Source: a virus. Taken from it: a DNA stretch of 64,000 nt. The notes beneath the pieces were generated by a model. That model was not told the origin of the DNA, made no database searches, and was given only the letters and a program-made list of their open reading frames with translations. The position numbers and the translations under genes are program-made. Below, in pieces: positions 33,684-44,500 of this stretch. The stretch's first letter is position 1; each line of letters begins with the position of its first letter. The stretch is taken from the IMG/VR virus record IMGVR_UViG_3300045988_149609; one strand, written 5' to 3'.

Positions 33684-34418
33684 ATGACTACTTCAGAATT
33701 TAGTAATGAGTTTGATGTATTGATTAATGCTTATGCTAATAATAATGCTATTGGTGATAATTATGATAAAAATAATTTAGCTTTTGATGAATATGAAAAA
33801 TCAATATTTTTAACTAAAGCTCAAGAAGAAATTCTTTTATCATATTATAATGGTACAAATAGTAATCAAATTGGATTTGAAGCAACTGAAGAAATAAGAA
33901 GATATTTAAGTGATTTAAATACACATGTTACTATTGATTCAACAGAAACTGATAATTCTATTAAAAAAGGAAGTTTAATATCTAATACAAAGATTTCAGA
34001 TAAATGTTTTAAAATACCTGAAAATCTTTGGTTTATTACATTAGAAACATTAACTTTGCAATCAACAAATGAATGTTTAAATGGTAAACAACTTGAAGTA
34101 ATTCCTATTACACAAGATGAATACAATAATGTAATAAATAATCCTTTTAGAGGTATAACTAATAATCGTGCATTAAGATTAGATGTTGAAAAAGGACAGC
34201 TAGAAATTATATGTAAATATGATTCATACACATATAGAATATATTATCTTTCTAGACCAACACCAATAATTTTAACTGACTTAGGAGATTTAAGTATAAA
34301 TAATATATCAACTAAAACAGAATGTTCTATTAATGAAAATTTACATAAAACTATATTAAATAGAGCTGTTCAATTAGCAATAGCTAGTAAAATAGGTTAT
34401 AGAACATCACAACAATAA
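33684..34418 (+). CDS. structural protein, paralog B (244 aa)
   Basis: N-terminus MTTSEFSNEFDVLINAY...DEYEKSIFLTKAQEEI and C-terminus PTPIILTDLG...RAVQLAIAS mark a tandem duplicate that lacks the middle insertion. Confidence 0.55.
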   Translation: MTTSEFSNEFDVLINAYANNNAIGDNYDKNNLAFDEYEKSIFLTKAQEEILLSYYNGTNSNQIGFEATEEIRRYLSDLNTHVTIDSTETDNSIKKGSLISNTKISDKCFKIPENLWFITLETLTLQSTNECLNGKQLEVIPITQDEYNNVINNPFRGITNNRALRLDVEKGQLEIICKYDSYTYRIYYLSRPTPIILTDLGDLSINNISTKTECSINENLHKTILNRAVQLAIASKIGYRTSQQ

Positions 34419-34461
34419 AGGTAGTTTTTACTACTTATGTTTAATTTAATATTTTAATAAA

Positions 34462-35517
34462 ATGCAATTTTCGCAAAATCAAGTACAACAACTTTATGTT
34501 GTTAACAAATTGTCTGCAACACTTTCAGATCCTGCAGCTAAAGGTGAAGCTGCTTTTCATGCAAAAGATAAAGAAGGTTATGTAGAATATAAAGGTGCTA
34601 AAGGTACCTATCGTACTGATATGGTGTTAGGCCCTCAAATTCTTAGTATTACTGTGACTTCTGGTAAAGCTAAATCACAAGTAAGACATCTTAAGCAATG
34701 GACAGTTAAAGTTAGTGATAATGCTATTGCTGCTATTGGCCAAGTTTGTATTCTTAGACTTTCATTTAGAAATTGGATTGGTATGAGTGATTTTGATACT
34801 TATACTAAAGATGTTGCAGTTAAGATTGTTAAAGGTATGACTAAAGAAGCTTTTTATACTCAGTTAGCAAAAGCTATTAGACAATCATTTGCAAGAGAAT
34901 ATGATAAAGTTATTACTGCTACATCTGATGCAACTTCAGTAATTATTAAAGAAGTTGGTACAGACCTTGATGAATGGCAAAGAGGTGTGAAGTCAGTAGC
35001 TCCTATTAATCTTACTGTTTCTGCTGATATGATTACTGTTAGTGATGGTGTTGAGGAAACTTGGGTAGATACAACTGAAGCTAATGCTGATAATATTGAT
35101 GCTGAAGCTTCAAATGAATTTGGTACTAAGATTAAAGCTACGAATTCAGCTACTACTGTAGGTAATGCTAAAGCTATTGCAGATCTTGAATATTTCTGTG
35201 CTGGTAATAGAGGTGATATGTATCGTAATATTGGTTGGCCTAATGTCATTCCTACTGAATATTTAATTACAAATACAGATAATGATACAGCTTATGATAT
35301 TGTTAATGTACATTATTATTTTGTAGGTGCTGGTGTTCAATCAGCTAAATCTGAAAAAGATATGACTTTTGTATGTAAACATGATGCAGAGATTACTGTT
35401 GATTCTAAGAATCCTACTGCTTTATCAGGTACATCTACTGCAGAAACACTTGCTAAAAAGTTTAAGGCTCTTACTGGTTTTAATGGTGAAGTAACTGTTG
35501 TTGCTGACAACAAGTAA
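34462..35517 (+). CDS. highly expressed structural protein (351 aa)
   Basis: Codon usage like the capsid gene and followed by a strong terminator. It may be a head-decoration or major tail protein. Confidence 0.5.
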   Translation: MQFSQNQVQQLYVVNKLSATLSDPAAKGEAAFHAKDKEGYVEYKGAKGTYRTDMVLGPQILSITVTSGKAKSQVRHLKQWTVKVSDNAIAAIGQVCILRLSFRNWIGMSDFDTYTKDVAVKIVKGMTKEAFYTQLAKAIRQSFAREYDKVITATSDATSVIIKEVGTDLDEWQRGVKSVAPINLTVSADMITVSDGVEETWVDTTEANADNIDAEASNEFGTKIKATNSATTVGNAKAIADLEYFCAGNRGDMYRNIGWPNVIPTEYLITNTDNDTAYDIVNVHYYFVGAGVQSAKSEKDMTFVCKHDAEITVDSKNPTALSGTSTAETLAKKFKALTGFNGEVTVVADNK

Positions 35518-35569
35518 GATTCACATATTTAATAAGGTATAGTCTACCTTAAAATATGACTATATATGA

Positions 35570-35603
35570 AAGGGAGGACATCATGTTCTCCCTCTTTTTG
35601 TTT
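35570..35603 (+). terminator. rho-independent terminator
   Basis: GGGAGGACAT...ATGTTCTCCC hairpin followed by TCTTTTTGTTT. Confidence 0.6.
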
Positions 35604-35631
35604 AATTAATTAACTTATTTAATTTAAAGAT

Positions 35632-36204
35632 ATGTTAGAATTTACACTACTTGAAGTAAGTGATGATAATTCATGTATTCACATTAAAGCTAATGTTGTA
35701 GATGCTTCTTATACACAAGATGTTTATATTAATAAAATAGTGATTGTAACTAAAGACAATTATGATGCAATTAATATACCTGCTAAAGAAAAAGCAGTTT
35801 ATTATGATAATACTTTAAATGTAAAGAAATTAGATTTATCACTCACTTTAAATCAATTAATAGGTTTAAAATCATTAGAAAATCAATTATTATATGTATA
35901 TGTATATACAGAAGATTTACCTACTGTAGAAGTTTTAAAATATCCTTGTGGTGCTGATAAAAATTTAATTGTAGGTGCTTTATTTAATTGGTATCCTCTT
36001 TATCAAAGAGGAATGAATAAATTCAAAGCTTTTAAGGATTCATGTAATGTGAATAAAGATTTTATTGATTTTATTTTATTGTTTAAATATTTGCAATTAG
36101 CAATTAAATGTAATGATATACCTACAATAAATAATATTTGGGATAAGTTATTCTTAAATTCAAATACATTAACTTCTAATAAATGTAATTGTTATGCAAT
36201 ATGA
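35632..36204 (+). CDS. hypothetical protein (190 aa)
   Basis: ORF. Confidence 0.5.
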   Translation: MLEFTLLEVSDDNSCIHIKANVVDASYTQDVYINKIVIVTKDNYDAINIPAKEKAVYYDNTLNVKKLDLSLTLNQLIGLKSLENQLLYVYVYTEDLPTVEVLKYPCGADKNLIVGALFNWYPLYQRGMNKFKAFKDSCNVNKDFIDFILLFKYLQLAIKCNDIPTINNIWDKLFLNSNTLTSNKCNCYAI

Positions 36205-36532
36205 TGATCAACTTTATAATGCTTTAAGTTCTTATTATACAATTCTTAGTAATACAGGATATTATAATGAATCTGTAAATAATCTTTTAGTTGTAGATTT
36301 TATTAATACATTTATAGAAAATTGTTATTCTTTTATTACAGATGAAGATATACAATTAATAAATAGTATTATTCCTTGTTTAAATGATTGTTTATTACAA
36401 ATACCTTTGCTTAATACTTCATTGAGAAAGTTAACAACTAAAGATGATATTATTACTTTAAATAAAGTAAGAAGGCATGAGATTAATGATTTAAAACTTA
36501 CTGAAAAAATAGACTATAGAGAAACAGAATAA
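36194..36532 (+). CDS. hypothetical protein (112 aa)
   Basis: ORF overlapping the upstream gene. Confidence 0.5.
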   Translation: MQYDDQLYNALSSYYTILSNTGYYNESVNNLLVVDFINTFIENCYSFITDEDIQLINSIIPCLNDCLLQIPLLNTSLRKLTTKDDIITLNKVRRHEINDLKLTEKIDYRETE

Positions 36533-36536
36533 TAAT

Positions 36537-36588
36537 TTAAAACTCTTGTGTAAGATAATGATAATAATTATCTTTGCAAGAGTTTTAA
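36537..36588 (+). promoter_or_regulatory. 12-bp perfect inverted repeat (TTAAAACTCTTG / CAAGAGTTTTAA) enclosing the -7 box TATCTTTG (36569-36576)
   Basis: A promoter box lies inside the 28-nt spacer of the inverted repeat. This could be a terminator-promoter pair or an operator. Confidence 0.4.
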
Positions 36589-36610
36589 TTATATATAAAG
36601 TATAAATTTA

Positions 36611-37342
36611 ATGGCAACAACATATAGAGAACTTGCTTATTTTTGTTTAGATAATGCTAAGCTATCCTCTGATGATAGTTATTATACAGTAGATCATGTA
36701 ATATTTTTAATAAATAAAATTAGAGCAGTTCTATTAGATCAAAGATATGCAAATGGAAAAAAAGAAATTCCAGATAGTAATTATCAAACCTTATGTTTAG
36801 ATTTACAAGAAACTAATAAAATAGATAATGTTCCTTGTATAGGTAATATTCTTAAAAGTATACAAAAAATACCTGATGTGTTATTAGGTAATCCTTTAAT
36901 ATATCCTCAATCATATTTCACTAATAGTGAAATAACTTTTATAAATAAAGAAAGATTTAGATTTGTAGGACATAATAAATGGTTACAAAATATTATATAC
37001 GCTACAGAATTTAATAATAATATTTATTTGACTTCTGCAAATCCACAATATAAATATTTAAAAAAAATACAATTAAAAGGTATTTTTGAAGATCCTACTA
37101 AAGCTTTTGAATTAGAATGTAATAAAGATAATAAAACTAATTGTGATATTTTAGAACAAGATGTTCCTCTAGAAGAAACATTAATGTCACCTCTTATTGA
37201 GTTAGTAGGTAAAGTATTAAAATCTAATCTTTATTTAGCTAAAGATGATATAAATAATGCTTCAGATGATCAATCACAATTAGCAACATTTATTGCAAAA
37301 AATGCTAAATCAGCTTTACAAAAACAAATAGATGGACAATAA
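36611..37342 (+). CDS. hypothetical tail-module protein (243 aa)
   Basis: ORF. Confidence 0.5.
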   Translation: MATTYRELAYFCLDNAKLSSDDSYYTVDHVIFLINKIRAVLLDQRYANGKKEIPDSNYQTLCLDLQETNKIDNVPCIGNILKSIQKIPDVLLGNPLIYPQSYFTNSEITFINKERFRFVGHNKWLQNIIYATEFNNNIYLTSANPQYKYLKKIQLKGIFEDPTKAFELECNKDNKTNCDILEQDVPLEETLMSPLIELVGKVLKSNLYLAKDDINNASDDQSQLATFIAKNAKSALQKQIDGQ

Positions 37343-37862
37343 AACATTATTAGCTGAAATACAAAAATTACATAGTACAAAAAAACATTATATAAAAAAT
37401 TCATTTGGTATTAAATTAATTTTTCAAGAACTAAGAAGAAGGAAATTTTATAATAAACTTACTGTTACAGATTCTCAATTTTATGCTATAATTAAAGAAG
37501 TTAACACTTTATTGGCTGAGCAATTATGTAAAGGATTAATTGTAAAATTACCATATGGCTTAGGTCAATTAGAAACTTTTAAAATTAATACTACTGTTAA
37601 ATTTGAAAATAATAAACTTGTTACTAATAAACCTGTTGATTGGAAAAAGACTCTTGATTTATGGCTATCAGATGAAGAATGTTATAGAAATAAAACTTTA
37701 ATTAGAAGAGAAATAAAAGCTCTTATTAAATTACATTGGAATAGAATCGGATGCAAATGTAAAAATATAAAATATTTTTCATTTAAACCTTCAAGAGAAT
37801 TATGTTGTAAATTAGGAGCTTTATTTCAAAATGGTTTATTAGATACATTTAATAAAGAATAA
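37332..37862 (+). CDS. hypothetical protein (176 aa)
   Basis: ORF. Confidence 0.5.
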   Translation: MDNKTLLAEIQKLHSTKKHYIKNSFGIKLIFQELRRRKFYNKLTVTDSQFYAIIKEVNTLLAEQLCKGLIVKLPYGLGQLETFKINTTVKFENNKLVTNKPVDWKKTLDLWLSDEECYRNKTLIRREIKALIKLHWNRIGCKCKNIKYFSFKPSRELCCKLGALFQNGLLDTFNKE

Positions 37863-37864
37863 AA

Positions 37865-38566
37865 ATGAATTATATATCAATAAGAGAAATATTTGATAAT
37901 ATTTTAGACAATCCATTACTTAAAGATATTTCTTTAGAAAGAGTAGTTAATTATGCTCAAAGATTTATTAGAAGAATTGGAATGCCTAAAGAATTTATTG
38001 AAAAGACTGAAACAATAAACATTGAAGATTGGAGAGGACAATTACCTTGTGATTATTATCAAATGATACAGGTAAGGTCTGCTTATACAAAAAATACAAT
38101 AAATGAACATCCTATTTATTATAGGTATTCTACAGATAATTTTCATATGTCTAATCATAAAACAAATGAATTTAAAGATCCTACTTATAAAATTCAAGGT
38201 AAAATTATTTTTACTTCAACTAAAGAAACACCTATTGAAATTGCTTATAGAGCAATAAAAGTAGATGAAGAAGGTTATCCTATGATTCCAGATAATAGTA
38301 CATTTGCTGAAGCATTAGAAGCATATATTAAAGTAAAAGTTTATACTAATTTATTTGATCAAAATAAAATAAATAATGCAGTACTTCAAAATGCACAACA
38401 AGAATATTGTTGGGCAGTAGGTGCAGCACAAACTGAATTAGTAATGCCTTCTATTGATGAAATGGAATCTCTAGCTAATCTTTGGAATCAAATATTAATA
38501 AGAACTACAGAACATAAGCATGGCTTTAAAACTGAAGGTACTAAAGAACATTGGAGGACTCATTAA
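37865..38566 (+). CDS. hypothetical protein (233 aa)
   Basis: ORF. Confidence 0.5.
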   Translation: MNYISIREIFDNILDNPLLKDISLERVVNYAQRFIRRIGMPKEFIEKTETINIEDWRGQLPCDYYQMIQVRSAYTKNTINEHPIYYRYSTDNFHMSNHKTNEFKDPTYKIQGKIIFTSTKETPIEIAYRAIKVDEEGYPMIPDNSTFAEALEAYIKVKVYTNLFDQNKINNAVLQNAQQEYCWAVGAAQTELVMPSIDEMESLANLWNQILIRTTEHKHGFKTEGTKEHWRTH

Positions 38567-41500
38567 TGCAAAAGAAAGAACAAAAATTTACACCAACAAA
38601 AATACAAACAGATATTAGTCCAACTAAGATTAAATCTGATTCAGCAATAAAAATACATAATTTTAGAATTGATAATAATGGAGAAGATTCTTCTACTTTT
38701 GCTTTAACTTTAGAAAAAGAAAGTAAAAAATATAATTATACTGGCCCTATTACAAGTGTATTTAAAGTAGAAGATAATATTGAAGTAAACATTAAATATA
38801 TGTTTACTATTAATTCTGAAATAATTTGTATTTTTTATACACAAGAAGAAAAGAATAAACCTGAAACATTAACTTCTTATATATCATTATTTACAGATGA
38901 TTTTCAAACAAAAGTTAATGTTTATAGTGCTGTTTCTAATATATTTGGAGAAAACATTCAAGCTACTTTTGTATATGAAACAGATAAAATACAAAAAATA
39001 TATTGGATAGATAATATAAATCAACCAAGAATATTAAATATTTCTGATTTCATAAATAGTAATGGTACTTTAAATCAAAAGGCTATAGCATATAAAAATG
39101 GTATTTTAGATTTTATTCCTGAATTACCTAATAAAACTGAATGTAAAATAACCAAATCTTATACAGGAGGTGAATGGGCTTGTGGATGTATTCAATATTT
39201 AATATCCTATTGTATTCCTTATGTAATTGAAAGTAATATTGCTTGGTATTCATCTTTATATTATATTACAAAAGATGGTAAAGGTCTTAATCCTGATGGT
39301 AAAATAAAATCTACAGAAACATTTTATTTAAAGATTACAAGTAATCTTAAAGATATCACACCTAATTATACACACGTTAAAGTTTATAGATTACAATATT
39401 CATCTTTAGATCAACCACAAATGTATGATTTAGGTTACTATAGATTAGATAATAGTAAAAGGTTAGATGGTAATTATGGCTTAATTATAAAAGATACAGG
39501 TATTATTAATGAAAAAGCAACACCTACTGATGCTACATCATTTAAATTTAATAATCTATTTTATCCTATTCAAGCAAATTCTTTTCAAACAAAAGATAAT
39601 CACTTCTTAGTAGGTGGATATACATTACATGATAATTATTTAGAAGAAACAGAAAATAATAGTTTTAGTATTTCTAATAAAGAAAATGAAAATGAAAATT
39701 TAGATTTAAAAACTTTATTAGTAAAAAATGATAATGAAACTACTCCCATAAATATTGAAAATACTACATTCTTTCATAAAAATGAAAGTTATAATTTAGG
39801 TGTACAATATATGAATAAATATGGAGTATGGTCTAATGTACAATCACCACAAAATGTAGTTATTGACAATAATACAACAAATGTAGAACTTACATTAAAT
39901 AAAATTCCTGATGATCAAATTGCTTGTAGAGTTGTATGTTCATATAATACTGTAGATAAAAGAAATTTTATTGCTGAAGGAGCAATAAATAATAGTATAC
40001 AAGATGGTGAAAATCCATCAATTTATCATAGTGATTATCTTCTTACGAACTTTGACTCATTTAAGTATGGAGCAGAAATGCTTTTAAATAGTGGAGGTGG
40101 TTTTAATGATAGAAACTCATATAATTTTTTCAGTAGAACTAATAGAGTATTAAGTTTCTTATCTCCTGAATTTAATAGCTCTATTAATGATTTAGATTGG
40201 GTTTTAAGTGGTGACTTATATTGTAAACATATAGCTAATCTAAAATGTGGTGATATTGATTATGGATTATTTATGGATATTAAAAATCCATTAGTTGCAT
40301 TACCTACAGGTATAGATGATTTAGATAATGGTTATGTTTATAAAGGCACTTCTTACATACCATCTTTATCTATAATGTTACCTACTTATATGGGAGATAC
40401 AAAAGTAAATATTCCTTTGTATAAAGACGGTAATAATAAATTCCATTATGCACAATATCCTATACCTATTTGGAAAGAAAAGAGATCTCTCAATAATGCA
40501 TCAAATGTTTCTCCTATTAATCCTACTATTCAAGTAAATAGTAAACAAGATAATGATGTAAATCAAACTACAGCTACAGGTGAATATCAATATTTTTGTA
40601 AAAAGAAAATTATTAGTAGACTTTGTATTTTTAATAAAGAAAAGGTTAAAGATGGGCCATGGAAAACATTTAGTTCATCAAAATATATTAATGAAAATCA
40701 AACAAAACTTTTCAAGTTAAATAAAGACGCAAAAGAAAATAATATATTTTATAAAGCAAATCCTCAAACATTATTTACTAATAATGCTCAGATTACATTA
40801 CAAGTATTTAAAAATATTTCATTTGTAGATAATATTGATTCAACTATTATATCTTCATCTTTATTTGATTATGATAAAGAGATACCAAGTGTAACAGTAG
40901 ATAATGCTGAAAATGCAAAAGAAAATGATTCTGCTAAAACGAGTATGTTATCAGGTACAATAAATGTAAACTACAAAAATGGTAGTCATTTATTGCTTTA
41001 TAATGATTCAGATTTATACGATGATAAAGAACCAAATAAAATAATAGAACCTAATTATAAAAGTTTATATGCAGCAACAATTCCTTTATTTGTACAATTA
41101 GTTTGGATGAGAGATGATAATAAAGCTGTACATCTTTGTAATAGAAGAATTGGTTCTACTGAAAATAAAAATTCTTATTTAGCAGTAAGAGAAATTAGTG
41201 GTGATAACGATAAGATGTCTGTTTCTACTGAATTATTTTTCTTAAATCATAATACAGATGATAATGGTGTTTATAGTATACCAGAATTTCCTTTAGCTAA
41301 TGCAGAATGGGTAAATGGTGGAGATAATGATGAATGTAGATATCATTTAATAGGTTTTAATGAAACAGGTAAAACTAAAAGTAAACATTTAGGATTTGCT
41401 ACAACTTGGCTTGGTTATACCTATAATAATATAAATAACATTTTTACTGGACATCATTTATTTAAAGATATACCAGGACGTAAATTTCATTTACAATTTC

Positions 41501-44500
41501 CTACTTCTGTTGATGAAAATGGAGAACATTATGATTTAGATTATTTTTCTACTGCTTATGTAGAAAATGTAATTGAACCAGAAAGAAAAAATAATAATAC
41601 TCAATATGATGGATATCCTCATAATAAAAATTATTTTACTTTTGGTATAAATAGTAATGAAATAGTAGCTGTAAATGGTAATTTTGCATATGATGTAGGT
41701 AATTTACCTTATAAAAAGTATTCTAGATTTTTTAATCATTTTAATTTAGTTAGAACTACAGATAAAGAATATTATGATAATGTTTATTTACCTAGTATTG
41801 CTAAGAATGATCCAAATAAAGGTATTATTTATGGTAAGACTACAGATACAGCAAATACAAACTTTAAAGAGTTCTATCAATTTATAGAATGGTATTTTAA
41901 CAGCTTTTATTTTTATATTAAAAAGTTTGATTATAATCCTAAAACTGATAAATTATATCCTACAGGTACAAATGAAATAGATGAAAATGGTTGGTTTAAA
42001 TTTAATTATAGTGATAAATATTTAGTAAACTTAGCAACATTCCTTGTTTTATTTTCATGTGAAGATGGAAAAATTAATCAAAATAAAATAGGGCCAATTA
42101 AAAGTACAGATGGTAAAGATGTTTATATTGTAGTAAGTCCTGATCCTGAAAAGGAAAATGAAAAAGATAGAAGTATCTATAAATTTAGATTAGGATCTGA
42201 TGCAGAAGGTAAACCTAAAGAAACAACTTATACTACAAATAATTTAGTATCTGTAAGATTTAAACCAAGTAACGATATAGATGTAGCACAAGCAAATAGA
42301 AATGCTCTTGATTTCTTTAAGAATTTCTTAGAAGCTTATTGTAAAGATGCATTTGACACAAAATCTGGACTTAAAGAATGGACTCATAGTAATCATACAT
42401 ATTATGCAAATCGAAAGATTTTAAATATGTTACTTAATAGAATTACTGAACAAGTTGGTACTAGTAGTACTACATCTAGTACTACTTATACTAATGAATT
42501 TGATTTAAATCCTGCTTCAGATTTAACTTCTTATTGGACACAAGTAAGAAATTTATCACCTTCATCTTTTGGTAATCCAGATGTAAATGTTTATTATTCA
42601 GCTAACTTTCCTAATATGTCTCCTGTTTGTGTTATTACTACAAGAGAAATAGTGGAAGATGAAAAAGTAAATAAATTATATATAGGTTTACCTTATAAAG
42701 CTGTTTCAAATGAACCTTATAATAATAGTAATACAGGTAAACAATTAAATACAAGATTATGGAATGATGATAATGATAATAAAGATAATCCATTATTAAT
42801 TGATAAGAATTTAAAGGAGTGTTATTTCTATGAAATAGAACTTGATGAAAATGATAAAAAAGTAAATGAGCAACAAGGATTTACTTTAACTATTGAGATG
42901 TTTTATAAATATTTGAATAGATTTAGTAATGATATAAAAAATGGAACTTACCTTGGTTGGCTAACTAAATTGAAAAAAAGTGGAGATCTCAATAATACTA
43001 ATAAACCTTTATTATATAAAACAATAAATAATCAAGCTATTACTGATTCAAAAAATATTTATTTTGTATTTCCTTTTGCTAATTGTGGTATAGTTACATC
43101 TGAAAATAAAACTAATTTAGTTTATAGAACTGTAAATAATGTAATGGATGGAGAATATCCAGCTGTTAGATTTAATGTAACTACAATACAACCTACAGGT
43201 ATTATTGTACAGTATAGTAAAAAGAGTACAGTTACTGAATATAGTGATAGAACAATACCTTTATTTACTAGATGTTATACAAAGAATTTTAACTATAATG
43301 TAGTTGAAAATGAAACAAAATATACAGGTAGATTTATAAGTGATACAAGTCCAAGATATACTTTAATTGTAGGAGGAAATAATCCAAAACATCCATATGG
43401 TAATATTACAGATGGTTTAGATATACCAGCAACTCAGGAAGAATTGAAAGCTGCAGGTTGGTCACAAAGCGAAATAGATAATTGTTGGAAAGACTTAAAC
43501 TTTAATGATGCTGGTGTAGGATTACAAAAAATTCAATCTGCTGATCATAATATAGTAAATGTAGCAGTACGTGAAATATATGCAGCTTGGGATGGTAAAG
43601 ATGAAGTTACTGATCATTATTCAAAAGATAATGTAAGTATACCTATTTATGAATTATATAAAAATGATAAACTTACAAAAGATACTAATGTAGATTTTGA
43701 ACATATTTTGTGGCAAGTATGTAGTCCTATATATTATATTAAAGATATAAAAGAGAATAAAATTAAAGCTACAATAGGTGATTGTTATTATGGAGATTAT
43801 TATCATATATTAACTATTCCTTATACTAAAGAAGCGAATAATCAATTAGTAGATATTGATAATTTTCAAGTAGCTACACATTGTAATTTATTAGGTATTT
43901 ATGATGGTAGAAAAGATTTAATAAATCATGTTACTACAGATTTAACTAATATGAATTTATTTAATAATGTTTATAATCAAACATTTAATTTCTTTTCTGT
44001 AAATTATCTTAATCCTAAAGAAAATAAAATAAGTCATTATTATCCAAATCAAATTATATATTCATTAGCTAAAACTATTGGTAGTAAAGAAGATAATTGG
44101 ACAAAAGTTAATCCTGGTACGGGTTTTTATGATGCTCCTGGACATTTGGGTAAAATAACAAATCTTTTAAAAAGTGGAGATAAATTATATGCTTTACAAG
44201 AAAGAGGTGCTAATTATGTATCATTTAATGCAAGAATACAAGTTTCTGCATCAGATGGAGTACCAATTGAATTAGCAAACAGTGGTAAACTTGATCAAAT
44301 AATAACTATAAGTGAAACATATGGTTGTAATAATTATAAACAATCAGTATCTACAGATTTAGGTATTTATTTTATTGATTCTTATAGTAATGATTTATGT
44401 TTATTAAAAGATACTCAAATACAAGATATAGCTAAAACTACATTTAATAGTAGTTTGTTTAAAAGTAATAATGGAGATTATGTATTATTCTTTGATAAAA

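Noticed and set aside
23645-35249. Antisense or overlapping ORFs 23645..23842, 24709..24990, 26150..26380, 26287..26484, 28518..28739, 30072..30344, 30888..31238, 32057..32275, 33866..34231 and 34860..35249
   Set aside because: Each lies within a longer sense-strand gene of the late module, several of which show highly-expressed codon usage. None has a promoter or terminator.
35581-35607. Mini-ORF ATGTTCTCCCTCTTTTTGTTTAATTAA (8 codons) preceded by AAGGGAGG
   Set aside because: It lies entirely within the terminator hairpin and T-run of the 34462..35517 gene, so the SD-like sequence is the hairpin arm.
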